Part shown: positions 39,501 through 54,165 of the stretch, in pieces
Layout of the letters: each line of letters starts with the position of its first letter
How positions within the stretch are numbered: position 1 is the first letter of the stretch
From: Chrysomallon squamiferum
Taxonomy: Eukaryota > Animalia > Mollusca
Reading direction: 5' to 3'
NCBI GenBank assembly: GCA_012295275.1
Contig: CM022668.1
Coordinates: 10,292,001-10,356,000 of the forward strand
Length of the DNA stretch: 64,000 bases
Program-made: the position numbers and the translations under genes
The notes under the pieces: model-generated
What the model was told of the DNA's origin: nothing
The model's input: the letters and a program-made list of their open reading frames with translations, nothing else
The model's database searches: none

Positions 39501-42500
39501 TTTAATAAATTATTTTAAAAAATGATAAGAAAACACTTTTTTACAATATTCTTGTGTTACATATTAAAAAAGAAATTAAACAAAACGACTGAAAAATAAT
39601 AATGAATATGACTATAGTGACAATTCCGATAATAGTGATGATGATGATATATATATATTTATATATATATATATATGTATGTGTGTCTGTGTGCTGACAT
39701 ATGTATTCAAATGTATCTACATCTTATGTGTGTGTACGAGTGGTTCTAAATGTGTTTACTAAATGTTTATACATGTAATTAATGTACTTATAAAGTCTAC
39801 ATACCAAAAACTTGAACTTCACAAAAGTCCATTGAAAAGTCGCCTTTGTTTCTGTAAAGTGTGATATATCTAGCATTCTGATTACAGGTCAGATGTGTTA
39901 TATTTGGACTGTTTATATCTGTTTTACCACACAAGTGTCCTGTGCTAATCTGGTTTGACTCCTTAGAGCTGTAGAGTTCAACACCATCTCTGCGATCAGT
40001 GTCTAAAAAGTAATAAAATATGTATATCTCTCTATCTATATCTGTATCTAAACACACACACAATTTTGTAAACATACATGCATATAGACATGTACACTGA
40101 TTAATCAATTAAAAACAACTGCAACAATACATCAGTCGACACGTTGGCATTATGTTAAACATAGATTCAAAAGAAGCCGTTATAAGAAATAACGAAATAA
40201 GTGGTCACTATGGAATCCGAAAATAAGATATGACAGCAGAATTATCTAAACTTTAAAGTAAGGTTTTCTTCCTATTTTCATGTACAAATAATTTGATCTG
40301 TGAATGTGTTTCTATGTTTCCTTCCTTGAAGAACATAATTAAAAATAGTAAAGTATATATGTATTTTTCTTTGTGTATTGTTTTTATACACCTTATTTAT
40401 TTAAAAATGAACTAAAATGAGTAAATGATATAAAAATGAGTATTAATCATATTATTATTATATATAAAAAATTTACACAAAAGCTACTAATCAACTACCA
40501 CGACAACTATTATTACTATTATGATTATATTAAGCTCCTTTCTTTAGAACGTATCTAAAATCAAGACTAGTAAAAAGTATAAAATAATTTATGAAGGTAA
40601 GTAGAGATAAGATAAACTTACAGTCAGTTCTGAAGTAAATGATTACTTCTTGTATGAAATAAAAATCTCCCAGGTCTACCTCCCACCAGCTGGGTTGGTT
40701 ACTGACATTTGTTAGAATACAGTAAAAATCAGTAGCCCTGGTGTCACCATCTACTGCCAGTGAAGAATTTCGATATTGGGGTAGATAATAGGAACTTTGT
40801 GTGGTCTTCTTACCAAACGCAGTGTTTTCTAGAATAAATAATTTAATTAATTAATTAATTAATTAATTAATAAAACTAAGTTATAATGATTCACATATGT
40901 TACTACTACTACTACTACTACTACTGCTACTACTACTAATAATACTACTACTTTTACTACTACTAGTACTACTAATATAATATATATTACACTTACTAAA
41001 ACACAAGCTATACACACTCATACACATAAACACACACAAACACAGACACACATAAACATAAACACACACACATACACACATACACTCATATGGAAATAAA
41101 TTAAGCAACACAAGTTCACAGACCTATAATTCTGTAATGATTTATTGATATATAGCATCTGGCTGAATAGCAGGACTTTCTTGGAGATATTTAATGTACG
41201 TGCAAACACAAACATTGCACGTTAAATGTCATACAGTCTTGAAATCTGGTTTATAATGATTACATTATCATACTCTCTCCTGTCAACTTGCATTGAATAT
41301 TCAGTACTATAACTGTCACTCTATACTGTAAATTGTCAGAGGCTACAAGGTATCACAGTATTGGCATCAGAAATGCGGGAATGTTTCTCTGACAAACTGG
41401 ACATCTACTTGGGCGCAGTATTCCCATCCTTTCCAGACATTTGAACAAACACAGGGCTGTCGTTCAAATGACTCAATCGCATCTTTAAAACAACAGTGGT
41501 TACCATGGGGAGCAATTTACAGGTTAGGGGGTAGAAGACCTATCAACGTATAAAACTGTTCCCAGATCATAAAGCCGTGAGATTTGCCTGGTTTCATCAA
41601 ACTGTTCATTGGAACATTGCATCAAGACAAAGGGTTCACTTTTCCGATGAGACTGTTTCTTCCTGTGTAATGTGGATAGTTGTACACGTGTCGGGAGACG
41701 AAGGATAACAGCTATGGCTTCCCACAGTGTCCAAGATACAGTTTTGTTTTGGTGAGATCTGTCATGGTGTGGATATGTATTTAGATGGGTTGGAATATGG
41801 AGCTTATCACCATTTGTGAAGCTTAAGTGGGCCTTGGTACCAACAGCAGATCCTTCATAAAGTTGTTATTCCTCATTTTCATAATCATCCTTTAGCCACA
41901 AGACTCATCTTCACGCACGACAATGCCAGGTTCACGTACATCGTGCTGTCAGTCAGTTCTTGCAATAGAAAGCCTGTCCACAGACAACGAAACCCATCTG
42001 TCCACAGACAAAGAAACCCACCTGTCCAAAGACAAAGAAACCCACCTGTCCACAGACAAAGAAACCCACCTGTCCAGGCGCTTAATGAATTAAGGATTAG
42101 GACAGTACTCCAACATGATTCCTCAAAATCAGTTCAAGAGATTTATCCAAGGAATGAAGAAGAATTTTCAAGCAGTTACACGAGATACTGATGGAAAGTC
42201 AATATTATTAACTTCCCAGATGTCTGTGTGGCATTGATAGTTAAATCAATGCAACAACAGTGAAATTCGCAACGTTTTTGAATTAAATGACATCATTTTC
42301 TAAATCTGTAGCATCTTGAAATAAATCGCATTATCTCATGATATTATTGCTTATGTTTCTCCTCATATCGCATGAACGTTTCATTTGGTATAGAAATCTT
42401 TGAGAAATTTCATGCACCATGTATGTACGTATGTGGCTTTGTGTATGTATGTAGGTATTTATATATGTGTGTCTCTATAGGTATGTATATATGTATGTAT

Positions 42501-42595
42501 GTATGTATGTATTTATGCACACACACACACATACATACATATATAATATATACACTCACATTAAATATACATGCATATATAGATAGATGTGTTTC

Positions 42596-42651
<56 letters not shown>

Positions 42652-43731
42652 AACATAAATATATACATATATATGTTTGTATGTATGTATGTATGTATAT
42701 ATATATATATATATACACACACACATACACACACTTACACATACATATGCACATTCAAAAAGAGTACATGCACACTGAAAAACATACATGAAAATTATGA
42801 AGTTTAAATATACTAACCAACTGTGCATTTTGGACCTGACCAACCGCTTTTGCAAGAATTGGGGCCGCCATTACATCCTGTGACGTCATCACAATTATTA
42901 ATATCACAGTGACACGTGTAGTTACAGTTCAGTCCATAGGTCCCTTGTGTACAGTCACCTAGCAACACAGTGAGAGATCAGTAATAACAACAGAAGTGTA
43001 ATAAATGTCACTGGAAGATGTCTAAAAATATACACTAAATTAATCTTGATAATCGACAGTTAAAAACATGATGATAAAGAAACAAACAAACAACTAAATA
43101 CATCGAAGTAGAAACAAAAATAAATTAGTTTTTTTTTCTTTAACAAAACACCTAACATGTTCCTAGTTTGGCTTATTAAAATAATTTCCGGCGAAGATAG
43201 ATAATCTCGTCTTTGTTTAACGTGAAAGTCGTTTATCTGTTAAGCTGTGTTTCATTAGATTCATTCGTTTTGTACAATTTTTATATGTATTGAGATTATC
43301 TAGTCTCTGTGTATGTATGTATGTATGTATGTATCAATGTATAGATGTATGTATGTATGTATGTACGTGCTACGTATGTATGTATATATGTATGTATGTT
43401 TGTATACGTTAAAAAGCATTTCTCAATAATCGAGAATAGTCATGGCTACGTTTTTCCTTACTTTATTAATATTAATAAATTAAGAGTGAAATATTAATTA
43501 CAGTTAGATTGTACTATATAATATTTTGTAACGTTTTCATTCTGTTTAGCTATATATCTCTATGTCTATATACACTTTCACAAACAGACATATATCTATA
43601 TATCTAAATGTGTGTGTTTGTGTGTGTGTGTGTGTATGTGTGTGTGTGTGTGTGAAATTACCTGACACGTATTCAGTCAAGAAATAAATGCACAACGCAT
43701 AAATACACAAGTAAATCCAACACTTCAACAT
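35225..43731 (-). CDS. R5: near-identical copy of PTP-type receptor R1, truncated by the gap just before the PTP domain
   Basis: Exons: 43731-43662, 42958-42818, 40828-40622, 40002-39805, 39448-39320, 39044-38901, 38359-38216, 37152-37012, TM 36665-36563, 36197-36130, 35531-gap. Colinear with R1 at a near-constant offset of 31363-31364 bp across exons 3-8. Confidence 0.88.
37541..37916. repeat. 21-bp splice-donor-containing minisatellite (R5 copy of 6177-6552)
   Basis: Same unit and apparently the same variant order as the R1 array. Confidence 0.9.
41083..42410 (+). mobile_element. Tc1/mariner fossil in R5 intron 2, with internal 24-bp tandem repeat (41973-42077)
   Basis: TA|CACTC-like start, FSDE-type segment (~41635-41660), FTHDNAR segment (~41910-41930), and four copies of cctgtccacagacaaagaaaccca. 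Confidence 0.7.
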
Positions 43732-44354
43732 GTTTTCTGTCCTGAAACAACAAAATCTATTAACTTTTACAAAACCTCCTTTCTTTATACAGAGTTGTGT
43801 CAAGTAACAAGAAGTCATAAAACACACATTCTTCAAGGGTTGTAATAAATATACTTAATAGGGGTGTGTCCTGTAAATGCATTCGATTGTTTCTTTCAAA
43901 TGCTTCAAGTTGTAATTTCATTTCACACCCCTTCCTGATTTGTCCCTGCAAGTACTTGAAAGTCTTCCTACATCTCTTATTAATCACACACGTTAATGAT
44001 TTATAATGCTTTGTTAAACAACCCTAAAACTGACTGTGATCAAAAATTGGTTTATGAGCGGTTGTCGAGTGACATTGTTGTATATTTACACAGTGATAAA
44101 GAAGAGGAACACTATATTCAAGAGATCTTCTAGTAACGTTTTAAAAAAAAATACAAATAAATAAATAAAAGTAAAAAAAGTGAAACAAAGTAAAAAAATA
44201 ATAATAATAAAAAATAAAATCAAATAGGTAATACTTTCTTTTTCTTAAACTTTATTTTAACCTTTCAATACGAGTGAGGTACATATTTTCTTTTCCATAG
44301 ATTATATGAAAGAATATCACATACATATATAATCGAAAGAGAATGCAAATAAAC

Positions 44355-44483
<129 letters not shown>

Positions 44484-44990
44484 TGGCGTTGTAAAAAAAT
44501 GACAAAATATTAAATAGAATAATAAAAGGTAAAAGCTGAAGAGAAAGATGACATTTTATCTTCATGTATCCACAGTTAAACATTTACAACAACAGGCTGA
44601 ATAGCGTAATAATAATGTAATATTTAAATATGCAAATAACTCGAGAATAACGTAGCATTTAAATACACAAATAACTTTAGAATTAGATGATATTTCAATA
44701 CACAGATAATTTGAATATCGTATTATTTATATACACAAATAACATGACGTTAATATAATGTTTTAATGCATAAATAATATAATAATAACGTCACATCTTA
44801 AATGCACAAATAGCATGAAAATAATAGAATACTTAAGTACCAAATAGTGTATATTTTTACTTATATAAATATAAAAAATGAATACTTAATCTGATTACAC
44901 AATTTTAACTAGATACACAGTTTTCATTGCCGATTTGATTTCACAGTCAAACAATTTAAAATGTATATAAACACGCATTAATACAGAAAA

Positions 44991-45341
44991 TCATATTCCT
45001 GTTATCTTTTCATACGTATTTCGTGAAAGTTCATTCAGCTTGAGTTTTTCGTACTCGTTCATTTCAATATTTTGACTACTATTAACGTAGTCATTTCTAG
45101 GCGTGTTTCTCTCCAATTGATCACGTGATATCTGTGAATTAACATAACTGGAAATCGTGCCAACATCAGAGGAAGGAAAATTGGTGTAACCAGCAGATTC
45201 AGACAGAGTTTCCTCGTTTCTTTGTTCAATGTTCTCATAATGTTCATCTTCGTGTTCTGAGTTTTGATTAGTTTTCACTCGGTTTACTTTAGACTCTCTC
45301 GTCTCTTTTTTTGTCTTCGATTTTAATCTTCTTATCAACCT

Positions 45342-45386
<45 letters not shown>

Positions 45387-46284
45387 AAACATGATATGTG
45401 TCTTCAATGAACCTTTACTTTTTCTTTTGTATTCCACCTAATTTACATGTATATGCTGTATCTAGGCATTGATGTATGATTATGTGCTTATGTCTTTATG
45501 CATCTGTTAATGCATATATAAACCTGTAGATTTATGTGTTTATGCCAGTGTCTGTGTCTCTCTGCGTGCGTGTATATTCTTTGAATAATTACTCTTTTTG
45601 TTTCCCCCCCCCCTGCTTTTTATGTGTATATGCTGTACATTGGTATTCTGTGAGCATGTGTATATCAGTTACTGTGTGTCTGTGTATATATTAATATATA
45701 TGTAGGAATGTGTATGTTTGTATATGTATGCAGAAATGATCCATTTTTTATATGTATTTGTTTATATATACGTGTGTAAAGGTATGTATGTATGTATCTA
45801 TGCATACATGTATCTGTTTTACGTATATATATTTTCCCCTTCTTTATACTATTTAGATATTTCTGTGTGTATATATGTATGCATGTACGTACGTATGAAT
45901 GTATATATATATATGTATGTACACATGCACGTATATATATATATGTATATATATGTGAGTATGTGTGTATGTGCGTGTGTGAGACAGAGATAAAAATTCA
46001 TACCAGACAATGACGGAGAGGAGAATGACCACTGATAAAACGAATACAACAGAAATGACGATGATAATCACATCTTTACTGACTCCTGGTGAAGTAACGG
46101 CTATATGAAACAGAAAGAACAAAGAACAAAAATGAACAAAGAATGGTTAAGAAAGGAAGAAGTAAGTAAACCAATATATTAATATTTTGTGTATTATTGT
46201 AATAGTATAAGGTCTCTTATTTATGTTATATTTGTTCAGAAAAATGTATTGTTAGAAGCAAAATAGTTGTGTTACGTATATCAT

Positions 46285-46351
<67 letters not shown>

Positions 46352-47517
46352 TTATTTTTGATTTTATTTATTTTTTATTTTCTTCTGATTTGGTGTTGAC
46401 GAATTTATGTCATTAATGAATAACAGTGAACTCAAAAGTTGTAATTTGGAAACACAGAGGTAGCTATCTTTCTTCAAACATAACTGTAGTTTGAAAATAT
46501 ATTGCCATACTGAAGTTAGTGGTTAAAATAGATCTGGAACTAAATTTTCTTCAGACAAGTTCCATAGACACCACACCCATTGCTAACATTTAAAAAAATA
46601 CTCTCTTTGATTCCTAATACATCGGCAACATGAAATACATGCTACCAAATCAAATAAGCCGGCAGATAAATAACTAAAGAAATTCATTTTACAGCATTTC
46701 TCTTGACAAGTAAAATGAAAAAGAAAGAAATTGACCAGTGTATTAGGTCTTAGACTAATGTAGATCCAGTATTTTAATATGTCTAAATATTTTATGCATT
46801 ACATTAACATACTGACACTTCAGCACAAACGTTTCATGCGGTACATTAACATATTTAACTTCGGTTATAAATATTGTGTACATTACATTAACATATTTGA
46901 ACTTCAGAAAAAACATTTCTTGCAGTACATTAACACATTTAAATTCGGGTACAAATACTGTTTGTGTCATATAAACATGTTTATGTATGTGTATAAGTAT
47001 TGTAAATATATATATATATGTATATATAGTTCAGTACCAACCTTCCAACATGACAAACAACCATTAATAACTCTGTACTTCATTACGTTACTAATCAAAT
47101 CAAACTTGACTGTTTACATTAAAATCCGGACAGTAAACGCTCCAAAACGGATAACATTTAATACAGTTAGTTAAAACTGAAATGTTAACATTGTCACCAC
47201 TGATAAATGAACTGGTGCAAGAAAACCAGTTTGTTAAGTTTACTTGTGCATTTGATTCAATTCCACCCTTCCTAACATGAGCCAGTCACGTGATCATATG
47301 CCGTGTTTTTGCGAGCAGTAATATATACAACCAGTGCCATATGTATCATGATCACACTTTCAAATTAGTAAAGTTTTCTTTAGTTGACAAGTAAGTACAT
47401 ATGTGTGCACATTTCTACCTACCTGACAATGTGTCTGTCTACTTGCCTACCCAACATATCAATCTACCAACTTATTGACTTCCACAAACGTTACTCTTCA
47501 GATAATACATATATACA

Positions 47518-47565
<48 letters not shown>

Positions 47566-50500
47566 TTGTTGCATATAACTCACCTTACTTGAAACCTAAA
47601 TCTAAAACTATGTACGTTATGTTGATGTGTAATAATTCTCTAAAATACTGAATAGTTATAAAGTGATTCATTCACATTACAACTTGGGTTCTTCCATCCT
47701 GGTTGACAACCATTTTGACATTTTCCAGTCTGAACATCACACTTAGAGTTGTTATCTGTACAATGTCTTTCACTACACTTGTACTGGCTATTAAAGCCAC
47801 ACGTGTTAGTTTAAATGGCATTCATTGTTTTGAAAAAAATCACCTATAACCTAGTATTATATATCTATATGAGTGTTGAATATACACACACACACACACA
47901 TATATATAATCATATATATATATCCATTTCTTTATCTACCTGCCTACCTATATGCCTGTCTGTCTCCCTATATATCTAGACGAGAATATTTGTGTCTATG
48001 TATTTTATACATCTAGTCTGTTTTTAATAAATCCTATAGGGATAATTTAAACGCAATATGATGACACTCACTCAATATAGTTACTGACTGTACGAAGACA
48101 CTGATTTTTTTTCGTAACACTTACAGATTATATGAGGAAATTTACGGATTATATAATGATGATTACTCATTGTATTGTGACACTTACTGACGGTACAGTC
48201 CGATAATTCCCAACCTGCAAGGCAGCCATCTTTACATATTCCATGTTCCCTGTCACAGTCCTGTCTACCTGTACAATGTCTGTCATCACAAGACATGTTA
48301 CAGTTGTATCCATACGTGCCACTGCAAGCTGAAAAGGGAAAAAGAAACGAAAAGTAGAAGAGACGAATGTAAAACATATTGCTAAAAGTATACAGTTATT
48401 AGATAACGTCGAACTAACAAATGGATTGAAAATACGATGTCGAACATTGCAATGCTTCATATTCATTGGTGTCTCAAAGTTCTTGTTTTTAAATGCGTGA
48501 ATACATATGTTTAATATTTATTATTAACAAAAACGTGAAGTTTCTTTTATTATAATCATCTCATATGATACTTGTTTTCATTTTTTTGGGGGGGTATGGG
48601 ATTTGTTCTGGGATTTACAGGATTCAGAACTTATGTAACACATACATTTATACATACATAAATATATAGTACGTACATACATAATGCATGCATACATACA
48701 TAATATATGCATAGATACTGTATTCATACAAACAAACATACATGCAAATTACGTATTTTAAATAATTAACTGTTCGTTTTGTACATAATATAAATCAGTC
48801 AGATGTATTTAACATTTGTGAAACAAAGGTCCATTTCTTATTGATTCACTAGTAAATACGTACTGGTTGTACAGTCTGTAGACTCGTATCCTCTTTCACA
48901 GCCATCAACACAAGTTCCTTTCACAGCATCACAAGTTGAATCTCCAAAACATTTACGTTCTGTGCACAACTTTGCACAGTTTTGTCCGTATCGATCACGG
49001 GAACATTCTGAAATATCGAGATACAAATTACAAAGGCTGAAAGTAAAGAAAGACTATTTTATAAAACACAGAATAACAAAATATAAACACACACATAAAG
49101 ACACTGATTCTATGATGACACTTACAGACAAGTCTTGAACTGACTGTATAAAGACACTGATTCTATGATGACACTTACAGACAAGTCTTGAACTGACTGT
49201 ATAAAGACACTGATTCTATTATGACACTTACAGACAAGTCTTGAACTGACTGTATAAAGACACTGATTCTGTGATGACACTTACAGACAAGTCTTGAACT
49301 GACTGTATAAAGACACTGATTCTATTATGACACTTACAGACAAGTCTTGAACTGACTGTATAAAGACAGTGAATAGAAGCAATTACTGACTGCTTGAGCA
49401 GACTTACTTATTACGTTATTTTTGTTATAAAGTTACGATAAGACAGACATGTATTTATTGATCTCTCTAGTGGCTTCGATCGCTTTACATTCAAACACAG
49501 TATGAATAATACTTATATCATTATAATCTAGAGGATGAATTTTTAATTTAACTGATTTCCTACATGGCTTTCAAATAAATCTTGTTTTAAGCAGCCATAT
49601 AGCTTATTGATGAATGCAGTTTTACTTCAAATTCTTGCAAACAAGTGCAAAACATAGATGTATCTGTATTTCTATGTAATAGATATCTTACGTTGTTGGC
49701 AGTCAGCTGAAATGAAGCCTGCAGTACAACCATTGTCACATTTTCCTGTTACGTTGTTACACGTTGATGAACCTTTACAGTGTCTGGTAGAACAATCTTC
49801 ACCACACAGTTCACCATAGTGACTGGAATCACACACTGTAATACAAATATAACATTATTATTATAAACCATTTATAAAATAAGTATCCATTACAATGATT
49901 TTAATATCCATTTTTCAACTTCTCGCAGAAATTCTTAAAGTGGAATAGCATGTGAATTTACATTAAAAAAAATTGGTTTGGTCTCTGAATAACAGACAAA
50001 CACACAAACATACAGAGACATACAGACACCCACACACAGACGTGCGTGCGCATTTATTTTAATATTAATATTTACGGAATAATAATTGGTTAATGTCTTA
50101 AATAATTATAAAACTAACACTCTATATCATGTTAATAAACAGTTTATCATGATTATTATTTTCTGTATGATACCATTACACGAGGACCCAGTCCAGTTAG
50201 TCTCACATCCGTCAGAACATTTTCAAGTAGTGTAATTACAGGGATGTGTTTTACAATGACAAAACTCAGTACAGTGTTCACCATACGTTCCAGAGTCACA
50301 CACTGAAAAGTAAATGTAAATATAATAATCGTGAGCAATTAATATATATATTGTTCTTTAGTAAATTACAAAAAATATATATGAAAAGAAAACACTTTCC
50401 CATCAATGTTCTTGTGTGACATATTTAAACAGAAATTAGACAAGCTATCTGAAATATAAAATTAATATGTTTATGGTGATACTATCGATGATATACATAC

Positions 50501-50553
<53 letters not shown>

Positions 50554-51817
50554 TGTGTGTGTGTTTGAGTGTATGTGCGTGTGTGTTGTCATATGCATGC
50601 AAATAAAGGTACACGTGTACGCGTGTTTCTAAAGATATATATTAAATGTGTCAATATGTAAAGAAAGTACTAATTAAGTCTACATACCGAAAACTTGAAC
50701 TTCACAAAAGTCCATTGAAAAGTCGACTTTGTCTCTGTAAAGTGTGATGTATCTAGCATTCTGATTACAGGTCAGATATGTTATATCTGGACTGTTTATA
50801 TTTGTTTTACCACACAAGTGTCCTGTGTTAATCTGGTTTTCCTCCTTAGAGCTGTAGAGTTCAACACCATCTCTTCGATCCGTGTCTACAAAGTAATAAA
50901 AATGTGACATGTCTCTGTGTACATCTGTATCTAAACACATGAAAAAGTTCCTAGACATACATGCATATAGACACAACACTAGTTACTCACTAAAAGGAGC
51001 TATAACAATATAGCAAGCGACATCTTAGCATTATGTTAAATGTGGATTCGAAACAAACCGTTACAAGAAATAAAGAATTAAGTGGTCGATATGGAATCTA
51101 GAAACAAAATATGACAGCAGAATTATCAAAACTTTAATGGATAATGTGTTCCTGTTTTCATGCACAAATAATTTAATCTATGAATGTGTTACTATATTTC
51201 CTTCTTTGAAACATTTAATTAAAACAGTGTGTGTGTGAGTGTGTGTATGGATATGTATGTGTGTGTACTGTTTTATACAGCTTATTTATTGTGAAAATAT
51301 CTGAACTTTAATTATGCAAGAATAACACATTTTAAAAAATTATAAATAAAATAAAATAAAATAAATAAGGAAAAAGAACAATAAGTAAATGACCTAAAAA
51401 TGAATAGTAATACTAATATTATATATATATACAACATTTACAACAACTGCTACTACTACAACTACCATGACTACTACTATTACCATCGTGATTATCTTAA
51501 ACTTCCTTCTTTAGAAAGTATTTAAAATCTATAACATTATTTATGAAGGTAAAGTAGAGATAAGGTAAACTTACAGTCAGTTCTGAAGTAAATGATTACT
51601 TCTTGTATGAAATAAAAATCTCCCAAGTCTACCTGCCACCAGGTGGGTTGTTTATCAACGTCTGTTAGAATACAGTGAAAATTAGTAGCTGTTGTGTCAC
51701 CATCTACTGCTAGTGAAGAATTCTGATAAATGAGTAGGTAATAAGAACTTTGTGTGGTCTTCTTACCAAACGCAACGTTTCCTAGGATAAATAAATAAAT
51801 AATAAATAAAACTGTTA

Positions 51818-51849
<32 letters not shown>

Positions 51850-54165
51850 CATACAGACATATGGAAATAAATTAAGCAGCATCCAGTTCATGGACCTATC
51901 ATTCTGTGATTTAAGTAAACAGCGCATTTTGCTGAATAATTTATTGACTCGCTGAATAGTATGACTTTCGTGGAGATACTCAATGCACATACAACAACAA
52001 GCAACGCGCGTGAAATGTCACACCCACAACAGTGTTCAAATCAAGTGTGTAATTATTACACTCTCATACTTTCTTCTGGCAATGTGCATTGAATATTTAG
52101 TTCTATAATTGTCACTCTATACTGTAAATTGTCAGAGGCTACAAGGTAACAAAGTATTGGAATCAGAAATGCAGGAATGTTCCTCAGACAAATTGGACGT
52201 CAGCTTGGGCGCAGTATTTCCATCGTTTCCAGACTTTTGAACAAACACAGGGCTGCCGTTCAAGGGATTAATTCGTATCTTTAAAAGAGCAGTGTTTATC
52301 ACAGAGAGCAATTTACTGCGGGACTAAAAGGAACAGAGCAGGTATCAGAAGACCTATCAATGTATAAAACTGTCTCCAGTTCACAAAGCAGCAAGATTTG
52401 CCTCGTGTAATCAACGTATTCGCTGGAACTCGGCATCATGGCGAAGGGTTTACTTTTCCGATGAGAGTCGTTTCTTCCTGTGTGCAATGGATGATTGTAC
52501 ACATATCTAGAAATAAGGTAAAATACCCATTGTTCCCCGCAATTTCAGGGATACGGTTTCTTTTGGAGAAGGGGCAATCATGGTGCAAGATGGTCCTCAT
52601 CACCATGCGCGATATCAATAAGAGATCCTTGAAGAGTTGGTATGCCTCATATTCATAATCATCCTCTAGCCACATGACTCATCTTCACGCACGACAGTGT
52701 CAGGTATCACAGAGCTCGTGGAGCCACGCAGTTCTTGCAACAGAATGCAGTTGAGACAACTCAGTGTCCAGCCATGAATCCAGATATCGATCCCACTTAG
52801 CATTTGCGGGACATTTCAGGATGTTATGTTCAACAGAGAGACACTCCTTTCCAGTCTTTTAATGTATTAAGGATTTGAACAGGGTTGGAGCAGGACTGGA
52901 ACAGAATTGGAACAGGATTCCTAAAAGTCAAATTCTGCGATTTATCCAAGGAATAAGGGGTCATCGTGAAGCATTTAATCGTATGCAGGGAGGTTACACC
53001 AGATACTGATGCAAGACAGTGATCAAGATGTGTGCATGATATTGACAAGTAAGTCTGTGAAGTACTTTTCCAAATCTGTACACTCTTCAGTTAAATCACA
53101 TTATGAGCTATCTTTCTGCTCATCGCTCTCTTTTCAATGAAATTCCATTTGGTATGGAAATATTTGACAAATTATATGCACAATGTATGTACGTATGTGT
53201 ACACACACCCACCCACACAAACATCCACACAAACACACATATACACTTACACATACACATGAACATTCATACATAGTGCATGCAGACAGAAAAACATACA
53301 TGGAAATTATGAAGTTTAAATATATTTACCAATTGTGCATTTTGGACCTGACCATCCATTTATGCAAGAATTAGGGCCGCCATTACATCCTGTGACGTCA
53401 TCACAGTTATTAATATCACAGTGACACGTGTAGTTACAGTTCAGTCCATAGGTTCCTTGTGTACAATCACCTAGCAACACAGTATGACATCAGTAATGAC
53501 AACATAAGCGTAATTAATGTCACTCTATGATGTCTAAAAATATTCACTAAATTAATCTTCACAGTCGACAGTCAAAAACATAATGATAAACAAACAAACA
53601 AATAAATACATCGAAGTAGAAACAAAAAGAATGTTGTTTGTTTTTCTTTAACAAAACACCCAATATATTCCTAGTTTAGCTTATTAAAATAATTTCCGGC
53701 GAAGATAGAAAATCTCGTCTTTGTTTAGCGTGAAAGTCGTTTATCTGTTAAGCTGTGTTTCATTAGATGCATTCGTTTTGTACAATTGTATCTAGTCTCT
53801 ATGTATGTATGTATGTATGTATGTTTGTATACGTTAAAAAGCATTTCTCAATAATCGAGAATAGTCATGGTACGTTATTCGTTACTTTTGAATGCAATTT
53901 ATTAATATTAATAAATTAAGAGTGAAATATTAATTACAGTTAGATTGTACTATATAATATTTTGTAACGTTTTCATTCTGTTTAGCTATATATCTCTATG
54001 TCTATATACACTCTCACAAACAGACATATATCTATATATCTAAATATGTGTCTTTGTGTGTGTGTGTGTGTCTGTCTGTGTGTGTGTGAAATTACCTGAC
54101 ACGTATTCAGTCAAGAAATAAATGCACAACGCAGAAATACACAAGTAAATCCAACACTTCAACAT
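44991..54165 (-). CDS. R6: class-I F-type lectin/EGF receptor with ITAM-like tail; carries a premature TGA in the first post-lectin EGF exon
   Basis: Exons: 54165-54096; 53470-53330; 51781-51575; 50885-50688; 50302-50174 (GGA>TGA at 50225-50223); 49835-49692; 49007-48864; 48328-48188; TM 46100-46004; tail 45339-44991. Confidence 0.85.
47240..47810 (-). pseudogene. Two decayed EGF exons in the R6 intron preceding the TM exon
   Basis: ~47810-47670 translates to NTCGFNSQYKCSERHCTDNNSKCDVQTGKCQNGCQPGWKNPSC with lost Cys and no clear acceptor. ~47360-47240 is a deleted, frameshifted homolog of the R4 exon 29371-29228. Confidence 0.65.
49096..49368. repeat. 53-bp tandem repeat, 5 near-perfect units, in an R6 intron
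   Basis: taaagacactgattctatgatgacacttacagacaagtcttgaactgactgta starting at 49096, 49149, 49202, 49255 and 49308. Confidence 0.92.
51854..53175 (+). mobile_element. Tc1/mariner transposase fossil in R6 intron 2 (most complete copy)
   Basis: Plus-strand remnants VYFSDESRF (~52448-52475) and FTHDSVRYHRAR..QFLQQNAVETTQCPAMNPDIDPT*HL (~52684-52810) resemble the Tc1 motifs FSDES, HDNAxxH and WPxxSPDLNPIE. Many stops. Confidence 0.78.

Noticed and set aside
41943-42191. Plus-strand ORF with PVHRQRNP repeats
   Set aside because: A 24-bp tandem expansion inside a dead Tc1 element, absent from the other copies.
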